The position numbers and the translations under genes are program-made. Positions 48,573 to 58,790 of a stretch of DNA of 64,000 nucleotides are shown here, piece by piece; the stretch's first letter is position 1; each line of letters begins with the position of its first letter. Source of the DNA: a virus; the IMG/VR virus record IMGVR_UViG_3300031746_000002, positions 32,001-96,000 of that record. The stretch is one strand, 5' to 3'. The notes beneath the pieces were generated by a model, which ran no database searches, was not told the DNA's origin, and saw only the letters and a list, made by a program, of their open reading frames with translations.

Positions 48573-51491
48573 ATGCCACGCAAAGCAAATATTAGAGGTG
48601 TTGATTTTATAAAACCAAAGAAAACAAAAGAAAAATCACTCTTCGATTCTTTTGATAGATCAGTAGAAGCAAAGAGCAGCAACTTAGGAATATATTGGGA
48701 AGAAAATCCTGTTGGAATTAGAGAATTTGTAACAAGCTTTGACCATATGGGAATACCCAATGGTTTGAGTGATGAACAGTACGAACCATTAGAATTTTTA
48801 TTTGGAAATGAACCAAAGAAAATTTTTGATAATGGTAACACAACAGGAATTGAAGAGTGGGGCAAAGGATGTATAAGCGGTGATGCTAAAATTAGGGATG
48901 TAGAAACAGGAACAGAATATACTATTGAACAACTATATAAATTAAAAAAAGAAATAACAGTACAATGTATTGATGAAGAAAATAAAATTAGAATATCGCA
49001 AGCATCAGTTCCTTGGATTAAAGGAATAGATGATTTATATGAAGTAAAAACAAAATTGGGAAAATCAATTAAAGTAACTAAAGAACATAGATTTAAAACA
49101 CAAAATGGCTGGAAACAATTAAAAGATCTTAGAGTTGACAGCGTTATATTAGATGACAATGATAAAGTAGAATGTAAGTTATGTGGAGAATATGTAAAAT
49201 CGATTCCAAACCACTTACAATGGAATCATCCAGATATAAAGTTAAATGATTATAAATTATTATTTCCTAAAGCAAAGGTATTATCAGATACATGGAAAAA
49301 ATCATGTGGCAGAGCTGGAAAGAAACATTGGGCATTTGGAAAAAAACATCTTAATTCTGGTATAGGATTTGTTAAATATAATAAATCGAGAACTGGTAAA
49401 ACATTTAATGAATATTTTGGTAAAGAAAAAAGTAAGCAAATAAAAGAAAAAATAAAAAATACAGTAAATAAAAATAATAGTCTTTTAACATTAGCTGAGT
49501 CTAAAAAAAAATATGGACGATCTGGTAAAAAACATCATAATTGGAAAGGCGGCATTAGTTATACTTATAAAATCGGTGATACTTATTTAGGAACATTTGG
49601 AAAAAAGCTTCATGAATATATTAGGAAAAGAGATAAAAATCATTGTAAGTTTTGTAAGAAACCAGTTAAAAATAAATTCAAAGGTGATATACATCATATA
49701 AATTATAACAAACTAGATGGTAGATTAGAAAATTTAATATTACTTTGTAAAAGCTGTCATTGTAAAACGCAATATGGTTTACGAAAAGTATGGATCGAAA
49801 AATGTTTAAATAAGATAATTAAACCCAAATGGGACACTATAACATCTATTACATTTTGGAAACATGATAAATATTATGATTTGGAAGTTGAAAAATATCA
49901 TAATTATTTAGCAAATGGTTTATATAACCATAATTCAGGGAAAGATTTAATAGCAGCAATTGGCTTATGTTATATCACACATGTTTTGCTTTGTTGTTCA
50001 GACCCACAGAAGTTGTTAGGAATAGGCGATATATCTGGGGAACCAATTGACTTTGTAAATGTAGCAACAAATGCAGACCAAGCATCAACAGTATTCTTTA
50101 CAAAGTTTACTGAAAGAGTAAAGCGTTGGAAATGGTTAAAGGATAAATATAATTTTAAAGTATCAGGACGAAGTTTAAATGCATTGACTACTAATAAGAA
50201 TAAGGAAATAAATTTATTCAATGATGATGTAGTAATAACATCAAACGGTATTTTATTTCCAAAGATGATAAGAGCATTCAGTGGTAACTCAGAGCAAGAA
50301 GCCCAGGAAGGTAAGAACTATTTAGTATTCATATTAGATGAAGCCAGCGGCTTTGCAGAGACAAAGACATTAAGTGCAGAGAAGATATATAAATCATTAA
50401 AGAGTTCAGCAAGAACAAGGTTTGGTGATAAGTGGAAATGCTTCATACTTTCATTTCCAAGATATAAAGATGATTTCATAGAAGTAATGCACAAAAAAGC
50501 AAAGAAACATTTGCATTGGCACACAGCAAAATTAGCAACATGGCAAGTAAAACCACCACATTGTTTCAGCGGCAAATGGTTTGAATATGAAGGACATAGA
50601 ATTCCATTAGAATACAAAGAAGATTTTGATGATGATCCAAGAGATGCAAAAGCAAAGTTCTTATGTATTCCGCCAGATGCAATTAATCCATTTATAGAAG
50701 AACAGGAAAAGATAGAGCTTTGTATAAATAAACAACGAAAGCAAATGTTCACATGTTATGATTCTCAGAAAGATAATTACGTACAGAAGAAACTAACGTT
50801 AGCACCTTGGATTAGAGTATTGCCAGCACATACTTATACATTGACTATAGACTTAGGAGTTAGTCAATGTAGTTGCGCATTATCATTGCATCATAAAGAA
50901 ATAAAAGGAAATATAGATATAATAGTACAAGACCTTGTAACAAGATGGGAGCCTATACCAAAGAAAGGATTGAGAGTAGATTTCTTTAATGTAGGTTCAA
51001 CCATTTCAATGCTTGTAAAAACATTGGGAGTAAAACAAGTAAGAGTATTCTTTGACCAATGGCAGAGTGAATTACTAATAAACATTTTAAAGAAGATAGG
51101 TATCAATGCTTTAATATATTATTTGGGTTATGAAAACTATCAAGACTTAAGAGAAAGAATTTATACAGGCAGAATAGACCTGCTTGATTATGCACCACAA
51201 ACAAAAGAGTTAAAAGAGATTTCATTAATTAAAGGTAATAAAGTAGACAGACCAGAAAATGGAACAAAGGATATTTGCGATACAGTAGCTGGTGCAATTT
51301 ATGTTCTAACAAAATATGATGAAGAGCATAGAGATAATAGGAAAGATAAAAGAGCACTGCTAGCAAAATTAAATGACGGTGAATTTATTGGATCTAATAT
51401 TTCTGAAATTGATGGTGAAGGAAATTATATTAAGCAAGAAGAAAATGCATTTGAAGGCGCAATCAGCGTATGGGATATTGCTGGTAAATAA
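48573..51491 (+). CDS. terL: Terminase large subunit containing an intein
   Basis: Spliced Walker A GKG|SGKD, ILDEAS Walker B, IDLG and KDICD nuclease motifs. Confidence 0.9.
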   Translation: MPRKANIRGVDFIKPKKTKEKSLFDSFDRSVEAKSSNLGIYWEENPVGIREFVTSFDHMGIPNGLSDEQYEPLEFLFGNEPKKIFDNGNTTGIEEWGKGCISGDAKIRDVETGTEYTIEQLYKLKKEITVQCIDEENKIRISQASVPWIKGIDDLYEVKTKLGKSIKVTKEHRFKTQNGWKQLKDLRVDSVILDDNDKVECKLCGEYVKSIPNHLQWNHPDIKLNDYKLLFPKAKVLSDTWKKSCGRAGKKHWAFGKKHLNSGIGFVKYNKSRTGKTFNEYFGKEKSKQIKEKIKNTVNKNNSLLTLAESKKKYGRSGKKHHNWKGGISYTYKIGDTYLGTFGKKLHEYIRKRDKNHCKFCKKPVKNKFKGDIHHINYNKLDGRLENLILLCKSCHCKTQYGLRKVWIEKCLNKIIKPKWDTITSITFWKHDKYYDLEVEKYHNYLANGLYNHNSGKDLIAAIGLCYITHVLLCCSDPQKLLGIGDISGEPIDFVNVATNADQASTVFFTKFTERVKRWKWLKDKYNFKVSGRSLNALTTNKNKEINLFNDDVVITSNGILFPKMIRAFSGNSEQEAQEGKNYLVFILDEASGFAETKTLSAEKIYKSLKSSARTRFGDKWKCFILSFPRYKDDFIEVMHKKAKKHLHWHTAKLATWQVKPPHCFSGKWFEYEGHRIPLEYKEDFDDDPRDAKAKFLCIPPDAINPFIEEQEKIELCINKQRKQMFTCYDSQKDNYVQKKLTLAPWIRVLPAHTYTLTIDLGVSQCSCALSLHHKEIKGNIDIIVQDLVTRWEPIPKKGLRVDFFNVGSTISMLVKTLGVKQVRVFFDQWQSELLINILKKIGINALIYYLGYENYQDLRERIYTGRIDLLDYAPQTKELKEISLIKGNKVDRPENGTKDICDTVAGAIYVLTKYDEEHRDNRKDKRALLAKLNDGEFIGSNISEIDGEGNYIKQEENAFEGAISVWDIAGK
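48870..49934 (+). mobile_element. Intein (355 aa) with HNH homing endonuclease
   Basis: Starts CISGD, TKEHRF block B, HHINYNK...NLILLCKSCH, ends YNHN before Ser. Confidence 0.92.
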
Positions 51492-51502
51492 AGGAGGAAA
51501 TA

Positions 51503-53161
51503 ATGTTAACAAAGCAAGCAATAATAAATGACCTTAAAAAGATTTTGGCTTATTCAACCCAGAAACTTAGTGCTATGTCATTAGATGATATAGAAGAAGA
51601 ATTTGGAAATTTGTATGATACTATAAAATGGTCAAAAAAGAATGTAACTGCTGAACAGCTGAAAACAATAATACTTGATATAAACAAAAGATTCAATGTT
51701 GAAGATATAGAACAAAAACTAGAAGATATATTTGATAAAATTGATAGTGTTATTAGCAGAGCTGCTTCATTAGAAAAGAAAGCAGCTATTGATAACTTGA
51801 TGGAATTGATGGATCGAGACTTTGAAATCACTGATGCAGACATGGTTGAATTAAAAGAAGATGAAATTGAATTCGTATTAAAGCACCCAGCAAAATTTGA
51901 TATGAAAGCAAATGAAATTAAAAGTCTAGAAGATAAGTTAAAGCGGCTTAGGGCATCATTGAAAAAAGAAGCAATACTCAGTGTTGGTACTGAAGTAGAA
52001 ACTCTTGATGGTTCTGGAGTAATAACTAAAGTTAAAGATATGGGATTGAACGATTCTTATTATACTGTAAAATTAGAAAATGGGGAAGAGCATGATTATT
52101 ATCCTGATGCTAAAGAAGTATGGCTTAAAGCTACATTAGAAAAAGAAGCAGGATTAGGAAAGCATATTGCAGAAACATTAGAAGCAGCTGGAATTAATGT
52201 AGCTTTTGAAATGAGTGAGGATGGAATTATAGTTGAAGATGAAAAGGATGCAAAGAAAGTAATGAAAGTTCTTGATGACTCTGGTAGCTTTGGACCCACA
52301 GCATATAATAATGAAACTAAAGAAATTATGATAGGAGAGTATAAAGAAAAGAAATCTTTATTAAAAAAAGAAGCTTCAAAATATACACGTTGGGCATCAA
52401 CTGATAGCCAAGAAGAAGCCATTGAAACTATAGAAGAAACACTTAATCTATTAGGTATTAAACTTGGCGGAGGAACTGCTATAGGTAAATCACCACAAAC
52501 TGTGATTTTAGATATTAAATATCAAGACGGTGCAATAAGTGTTAATGCTGAAGGTGAAGTTAAATTATTCGGTGATGATGTTACTGGCATAATTAATGAA
52601 AAAGATGGCATAGCAGATAAATTAAAAGAAAATGGTATTGAAGTTAAAGAATCAACTGAAGCTAATCCAAACTATGAAATCAAAACAGGTTCTGCTAATG
52701 AGCTTAAAGAAATAGAAGCAAGCATCAGGAAGAACCACCCAAACATTACAGACCTTGAAGTAGGAAGGCAGATGAGGGATATTATAACAGTAGCAAAAGG
52801 GAAAGCTACAGATAAGAAAGTTATTGCAAGATTAACAACAGCAGAAATCAGTAACATGTTTCCAGAATTTGATAAGACAGGAGGGGTATGGCAAGTGGAA
52901 GAAAAAAATGGTAAGAAGACAATCATACGACCTGACATTAAAGCTATTGAAGAAGCAGTAGAAAACAAAGGGCATATCAGAAAGGTTAATGATATAGTCC
53001 TTTATGATGATGGAAGTCCAGATAGCAAAATGTTTGAAGTCCAGATAAAAGAAATCCTTGATGGCGGCAAATACAAGGTTATAGCAATGCAAACAGGTAA
53101 AGAATTCACAGCAGTGGAATCACAGCTCCTAGATGAGTCAAAAATTGAAGAGCTAATGTAA
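51503..53161 (+). CDS. Modular acidic head-region protein with repeated S-L-x-K-x-A motifs
   Basis: ASLEKKA, ASLKKEA, ATLEKEA, SLLKKEA. Confidence 0.65.
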   Translation: MLTKQAIINDLKKILAYSTQKLSAMSLDDIEEEFGNLYDTIKWSKKNVTAEQLKTIILDINKRFNVEDIEQKLEDIFDKIDSVISRAASLEKKAAIDNLMELMDRDFEITDADMVELKEDEIEFVLKHPAKFDMKANEIKSLEDKLKRLRASLKKEAILSVGTEVETLDGSGVITKVKDMGLNDSYYTVKLENGEEHDYYPDAKEVWLKATLEKEAGLGKHIAETLEAAGINVAFEMSEDGIIVEDEKDAKKVMKVLDDSGSFGPTAYNNETKEIMIGEYKEKKSLLKKEASKYTRWASTDSQEEAIETIEETLNLLGIKLGGGTAIGKSPQTVILDIKYQDGAISVNAEGEVKLFGDDVTGIINEKDGIADKLKENGIEVKESTEANPNYEIKTGSANELKEIEASIRKNHPNITDLEVGRQMRDIITVAKGKATDKKVIARLTTAEISNMFPEFDKTGGVWQVEEKNGKKTIIRPDIKAIEEAVENKGHIRKVNDIVLYDDGSPDSKMFEVQIKEILDGGKYKVIAMQTGKEFTAVESQLLDESKIEELM

Positions 53162-53337
53162 GTCATATGAAAATACCTGAATGGGTATTAAAATTGAGCA
53201 GAAGACTCCAGGAACGATATGGCGATGATGTAGGGAAGGTATTATTTATTGCTATAGGATTAATTGTAATAATAGCATTATTCGTATACATGCAATTCAC
53301 AGTTTACAGCATACTATCTAAATGAGGAGGAAACAGT

Positions 53338-54558
53338 ATGGAATTCATTAAAAGCAACACAGACCTTGTTGATAACCAAAGATCTGAGGAAACAGAAAAT
53401 GGAGACCCAGTATTAAATGCACTTAAAAAGAAAGCAGGCAGCACAGGTGATTACAATGTAACAAGATGGTTGTCTGATAGAAGCTTTGCAGGAACAAACA
53501 CAAAGCAAGAAATCATTGAGCTCGACAGACAGCTTATAAAAATGATAAACGAAAAAATGTTCGGTTATAAATATATAGAAGAATATCTGTCAACAGTAGG
53601 CTACCAGAAAGCATTGATACGTGCAAGGTTTAAAGTTTTAACAGGTGCAGATTATGAGGACTTTATGCCTTATGCAAAGTTCTTAAAGACTCCTCCAACA
53701 ATTCCTGGAATTAACTACGGCTGGGGAGTAAGTAAAGATTCTAAGTACGAACATTATTTCATTCAGCCATATTATCTGGGATATTCTATCTGGGGGCAAA
53801 AGGGTTATCTTGATAGGAAAGAAGTCAATGCATTTCTTACACTGGAACTTGCACAGAAAGCAATGGAGAAACTAGTAAAAGAATTTATCTATTATGATGT
53901 AATTGTAGATGTACCAGCAACACAGAAACCAGTATTACTTACAGAGCCAGTTGGTACATATGAAAGAGGGCAGAGAAAACAAGAACAGCAAGACATTGCA
54001 ATGAAGAAAGCAATGTTAGAAATTCAAGCCGATAGTGATGCAGATGAAGAGCCTTCACCCGAAGAAACAGCGAAAAAGGAGGAAACGATGGAAGAGGCTG
54101 ATAAGAGGAAACAAATTCCATTTGACTCAATTCGAAAAGAACTTACTCCTCATGATATGTTTGAAAATGAGAAACAAGAAGTTTCTGGAGATATAGTTCC
54201 AAAGACAATAAAGAAAGTTGTTGATTACATAAAAGCAAAAGATGAAGCTATCACTGCTTATGTAGTTACAATAGATAGTTTCAAATATAAGCAAGAGGAA
54301 CTTGAGTCTATCATAAAGAATGTTACTCCTGCTATAGAAGAGGAAAAGGTTGAAGAGTATTTCACATCAAACGCAGTAATTACAGTAGTGATTAATATAC
54401 AGAATAAGAAAGCATCAACAGGCAACATGAAACAAGGCTACATGGTTTTCACAGTTTTTAATGGTGATGTAGTTAGTGATGATACATTCAAAGGTGAAGA
54501 CGATAAGATATATGGTCTTACTGAAGCTGGACTAGATCAGTACTTCAGTATAAGATAA
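53338..54558 (+). CDS. Hypothetical virion-associated protein
   Basis: Between terminase and portal; ALKKKA near the N-terminus. Confidence 0.55.
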   Translation: MEFIKSNTDLVDNQRSEETENGDPVLNALKKKAGSTGDYNVTRWLSDRSFAGTNTKQEIIELDRQLIKMINEKMFGYKYIEEYLSTVGYQKALIRARFKVLTGADYEDFMPYAKFLKTPPTIPGINYGWGVSKDSKYEHYFIQPYYLGYSIWGQKGYLDRKEVNAFLTLELAQKAMEKLVKEFIYYDVIVDVPATQKPVLLTEPVGTYERGQRKQEQQDIAMKKAMLEIQADSDADEEPSPEETAKKEETMEEADKRKQIPFDSIRKELTPHDMFENEKQEVSGDIVPKTIKKVVDYIKAKDEAITAYVVTIDSFKYKQEELESIIKNVTPAIEEEKVEEYFTSNAVITVVINIQNKKASTGNMKQGYMVFTVFNGDVVSDDTFKGEDDKIYGLTEAGLDQYFSIR

Positions 54559-54584
54559 ATTGGAACAACGATAAGGAGATTACA

Positions 54585-56516
54585 ATGGCAAAGTTAGAAG
54601 ATTTTAGTGAAGCACAAAAAAAACGTGCTATAGAACGTTTGGAAAAATTAAATCCTTTAAGTCTTAAAAGGCCTTTACATAAGGGTGAAGAAAATATAGC
54701 TTCTAAAGTAGAGGAACAAATATTTAAAAGACAGGCAGCATTGAAAAGAGAAGCTGGAGACTCTTATTCATTTTCAATGGATTCTACAGCAGGTGTTTCA
54801 AGAGTACCCATTCTATTTGTAGACCCACTATTTGACCCAGTCTTGTTGTTATTTCCTACAGGCGATCTTGAACAATTAAATAAACGGTTACGACATTATT
54901 ATATGTATCATTATTTAGTAGGGAATTTAATAGACCTACACAGCGAATTTCCATTGTCTGATCATGTGCTTGAATGTGAAGATGATAGCATAAAGAAATA
55001 TTACAATGATTTCAAAGACAGAATAGGTGCATTAGATATAATGACACAACAGTTAAGAGGTTATCATTTATTGGGAGAAGCAGTACATTATGGGAACTGG
55101 GATAACAATAACTTTGAATGGGAAAGCTTCACACAGTTCCAGCCAGAAGATATAGAATTGATGGATACGTTTGTAAGTCAACCAGTATTCTTCTTGAAAG
55201 TAAAGAAAGACTCTGAAATAGGAAAGATAGTAAACAACACTTCAGATATGGTAGCAAGAGCAATCACTGAATTACTTCCAGATAAATTAGTATCAGCAGC
55301 AAGGACAGGAAGAAGGGTGCATCTCGATTCAAGCCGAGTTTTGTACTTTGCTAATAAGCCAGAAGGAAGTATGAAGCGTGGACATTCATTGCTTAAAAGA
55401 TGTTTGAAAGATCTAGTGCATGAAGATAGGTTAAGGTTACTTCAACAGAGTTTTATTGAAAGACATTCAAAGCCAATTAAGATATTTAAAGTGGGTTCAA
55501 AAGAACTTGGTTGGATCCCATCAGACAGGCATATGGTGAAACTGCAGAAGTTACTTGCGCAAGCAGCAAATGACCCTGATTTCAATTTAATATATCACCC
55601 ATTCTTAGAGGTTGATTATGTAGGGACAAAAGAAAAGATCACAAACCTCAGTGAAGAATTCGATGATGTACAGAAAAAGATTATGGTAGGATTATTTGCT
55701 AATGATGCATTAGTGCATGGGGAAGCCACTACTTACGCATCTAGTACTGTTCAGCTTAAAATCATAATGTATAGATACTTAGCACAGAGGGCGAAGCTGG
55801 AGAACCTTTGGAAGTATAGAGTGTATCTACCATTAGCAATGAAGAGGGGATTTGTAAGAAGGAGTAAAGCAGAGATAGATCACAATCTACGAATTAATAG
55901 TAAGCTTGATAAATATATAAAGGTTAAAGGACAGGATAGATTAATTGAAGCAGAATTTGTAACAGGTTCTCAAGGACAGAGACTTAATGGTGATGATGGT
56001 AAACCTTTATTAAGGATAGGGAATTCTGTTTATAGAGGCAGTGAATATGATAAATATATAATCCCAGAATATATTTGGCAGAAGAGGAACTTAGTAGACA
56101 GTTCATCTGAAAGGGACATGTTAAGACAACTTAGAGATAATAGTGAAATTCCATTTGAGATGATTGCAGATGCAATGGGTTGGGATATGAAGCATATTGA
56201 AGACATGCTTAAGAAAGAACAGTCAACAGTATTTGATCCAAAATACCGTGCAATAGTAGATGAAAAAACAAAAGATGATGATGCTTATAAAGAGCAGATA
56301 CTTTTAAAGAAGACTCCAGAAGAGGCATTGAAAGAATTAGAAAGACAAAAGCAGAAAGAGAAAGCACCAGTGGTTGAACAAGAAACAGCAGAACAACCTG
56401 AATTAAAAATTCCTGCTAAAGAAGAGACCCCAGAATTACCGCCAGAAGAGGGCGAAAAGAAAGAACCAAAGAAACCCCGAACACCAGTAGGTGGCGAGGA
56501 AACGATAAAGGAATAA
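54585..56516 (+). CDS. Portal protein (probable)
   Basis: Size, position after the terminase, helical pattern (GNLIDLHSEFP, LLGEA, GHSLL, KKIMVGL), acidic tail. Confidence 0.7.
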   Translation: MAKLEDFSEAQKKRAIERLEKLNPLSLKRPLHKGEENIASKVEEQIFKRQAALKREAGDSYSFSMDSTAGVSRVPILFVDPLFDPVLLLFPTGDLEQLNKRLRHYYMYHYLVGNLIDLHSEFPLSDHVLECEDDSIKKYYNDFKDRIGALDIMTQQLRGYHLLGEAVHYGNWDNNNFEWESFTQFQPEDIELMDTFVSQPVFFLKVKKDSEIGKIVNNTSDMVARAITELLPDKLVSAARTGRRVHLDSSRVLYFANKPEGSMKRGHSLLKRCLKDLVHEDRLRLLQQSFIERHSKPIKIFKVGSKELGWIPSDRHMVKLQKLLAQAANDPDFNLIYHPFLEVDYVGTKEKITNLSEEFDDVQKKIMVGLFANDALVHGEATTYASSTVQLKIIMYRYLAQRAKLENLWKYRVYLPLAMKRGFVRRSKAEIDHNLRINSKLDKYIKVKGQDRLIEAEFVTGSQGQRLNGDDGKPLLRIGNSVYRGSEYDKYIIPEYIWQKRNLVDSSSERDMLRQLRDNSEIPFEMIADAMGWDMKHIEDMLKKEQSTVFDPKYRAIVDEKTKDDDAYKEQILLKKTPEEALKELERQKQKEKAPVVEQETAEQPELKIPAKEETPELPPEEGEKKEPKKPRTPVGGEETIKE

Positions 56517-56646
56517 ACGATGAATGGTATACTCATTCCTGTTGTAACAATCATAATTGGTAGTGATGGTAAAGAATATACGACAGTTAGAACAATATTC
56601 TATACAGCTGATTATTCAACTCGTAATTGGTTAGATGAGGACTGCT

Positions 56647-56880
56647 ATGAAATTAATAATCAAGAGCCATGAGGGTGAATTTGAAGTTGATACATCAGAC
56701 ACAATAACAATTGGAGAATTAGTAGAAGTAGCAAGAAAACATTTCAAGCTTCAAAAACGCGGACATTATGTGTTAGGTAAGTTCAATCACGTATCCGTTG
56801 AATTTATGGCTTCATCAAGATTATCAGAGTTATGTTTAAAAGATAATGATGTGTTAATCTTTGAAAACTATACAAGTTAA
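56647..56880 (+). CDS. Ubiquitin-like beta-grasp protein (YukD/EsaB-like)
   Basis: TIGEL...LSELCLKDNDVL pattern; no terminal GG. Confidence 0.55.
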   Translation: MKLIIKSHEGEFEVDTSDTITIGELVEVARKHFKLQKRGHYVLGKFNHVSVEFMASSRLSELCLKDNDVLIFENYTS

Positions 56881-56921
56881 CAAAAAAGGCTTAATAATAA
56901 GATAAGCATAGGAGGGATTCA

Positions 56922-57167
56922 ATGAGTCAGGTTGAAGAAAGAGTAAAAGACTTGATTGATGAATTGTCAGGAATAAGTGGAAATGAAATAGTTTCTACTG
57001 ATCGTATTGAAGAAGATTTATGCATTGATGAATTAGATAAAGTAGAATTGATGATGTCTATTGAAGATGAATTTGTGCTAGATGGAATATCAGATGAAGA
57101 TACTGAGAAAATAAAAACAGTGCAAGACTTAGTGGATTATGTAGAGAAGAATAAACAAGATGAATAA
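56922..57167 (+). CDS. acpP: Acyl carrier protein homolog with Ser-to-Glu at the attachment site
   Basis: EDLCIDELDKVELMMSIEDEF...ISDEDTEKIKTVQDLVDYV. Confidence 0.85.
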   Translation: MSQVEERVKDLIDELSGISGNEIVSTDRIEEDLCIDELDKVELMMSIEDEFVLDGISDEDTEKIKTVQDLVDYVEKNKQDE

Positions 57168-57551
57168 TAGAATGACTGCATCAGAATACCTTAATACTCA
57201 TTGCCCTTGCGGAATGAAACTTGATAGTACTTCTACCATTCCTTCTTATCTTCAAACTATATATCATAATAATGAAATAGTTTATGCAATTTGTATGCAT
57301 GGGCATGTAGTAATTGATAAACTAAATAAAGGAGAGAACAATGAAAATCGAAACAAGGAAGAAGCGGACATTCAAAGCACATGAAGAAACAGTAATTGTA
57401 TTAGAGTCATTTGATGAAATAGCATTCATGAGGGATATAGTCGATGCATATATCTTTACAACTACAAGCGATGAACTGCAGCCCACAGCAACAAGAGAAA
57501 GATTCGTTAATGATTTAAAAGCTCTTTGCGAATCAAAACTAAAAGAATAAC

Positions 57552-57818
57552 ATGCAACTTACTCATTGTTTAAATTGCACAAAGAAAATTCCTAAGTCAA
57601 AGCAGAAACAAGGACTTCGGATATACTGCACTAAATGCAGTAAGATAGTAAATAAAAAACAGATTAGTAAAAGGGTTATGAAGTTTTATATATTTCACCC
57701 TGAAAAGAAATATAGATGGTGTAAAGTTTGTCAATCATATGGAATGCGACGTAAGATTAAAGATGGAATTAAAATATATCATTGCAAAAATTGTAATGAG
57801 ACATGGAGCAGAAAATGA
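57552..57818 (+). CDS. Zinc-ribbon protein
   Basis: Four CxxC pairs. Confidence 0.6.
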   Translation: MQLTHCLNCTKKIPKSKQKQGLRIYCTKCSKIVNKKQISKRVMKFYIFHPEKKYRWCKVCQSYGMRRKIKDGIKIYHCKNCNETWSRK

Positions 57819-58225
57819 AAACAATAACATCAGATATAATCATTGATCTAATTGCAATAGGATTAGTATTAACAACTGTAACATTAGTTGGCTGTATTCA
57901 TCGACCAGCAACAACTATCACTACTACTGTAAGTACAGGAGCAGTGCATGTTGATGTGCCTATAAACAATACAGGGGTTGACGCCAGTTCAGCAACAATA
58001 AATGCTAATGATAATAAGGTAGGGGTCAATGATAACAAAGCAGGCGTCAATGATAACGTAGTAAAGGATAATAAGGTTTATATAGAACACATAGTTTATG
58101 TCCCATCAGCTACTGTAGTAGGAGTAATAGGAACATTGAAACCGTGGCAGTTCATTTTTATTGTGTTAGTTTTAGCTGTAGTTGGTATAATATGTTTTAT
58201 GATTTATATTAATAAAAAAAAATAA
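57815..58225 (+). CDS. Lipoprotein with C-terminal TM helix (u-spanin-like architecture)
   Basis: Lipobox LVGC, NDNK repeats, C-terminal hydrophobic helix followed by KKK. Confidence 0.5.
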   Translation: MKTITSDIIIDLIAIGLVLTTVTLVGCIHRPATTITTTVSTGAVHVDVPINNTGVDASSATINANDNKVGVNDNKAGVNDNVVKDNKVYIEHIVYVPSATVVGVIGTLKPWQFIFIVLVLAVVGIICFMIYINKKK

Positions 58226-58235
58226 AGGAGGATTT

Positions 58236-58487
58236 ATGGTAAGAGGAAAGTTTGTAGTTACACAGATCAACATTTATAAAGGAAGTAAAAAAGAAGGAGA
58301 CAAGTGGGTTGAATGCGAAGGTAGGACAATTTATTTAAGTCCAGTAATGGAAGGATCAAAAGAGAATGAAATATTTGGCAATGCAAGTCCATGTGGAAAA
58401 ATTGAAATATCTATTTTAAATTCAGATGCATTTAATCAGTTTGAATGGAATAAAGAATACTATGTCGATTTTACAAAGGCAGAATAA
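58236..58487 (+). CDS. Hypothetical phage protein
   Basis: ORF with AGGAGG RBS. Confidence 0.65.
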   Translation: MVRGKFVVTQINIYKGSKKEGDKWVECEGRTIYLSPVMEGSKENEIFGNASPCGKIEISILNSDAFNQFEWNKEYYVDFTKAE

Positions 58488-58733
58488 ATGAAAGTAAAAG
58501 TTTGCGTTACTATTCCTTCAAATCTTTATATCTTAATGGAAGCATTCAGAAAAAAGATTAAGATGACAAGAAGTAAGTTCATTGAAAAAGCAATCAACAA
58601 TTTCTTGGGCCCTACATATGACATAAAAGAATTGAAGAAATGGAAGAAAGTTTACAAAGCATTAGAGAAAGACGATATAATAACCAGCAGGGAAATGATG
58701 AAGATAGTAAACAAAACATTACCAAAGAAATAA
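58488..58733 (+). CDS. Ribbon-helix-helix (CopG-like) regulator
   Basis: VCVTIP...MTRSKFIEKAI. Confidence 0.75.
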   Translation: MKVKVCVTIPSNLYILMEAFRKKIKMTRSKFIEKAINNFLGPTYDIKELKKWKKVYKALEKDDIITSREMMKIVNKTLPKK

Positions 58734-58790
58734 ATGTTTACCCGATACAAAAATATAAATAAAAAAACTAGGGTAAAAAAGGAGAACAAA

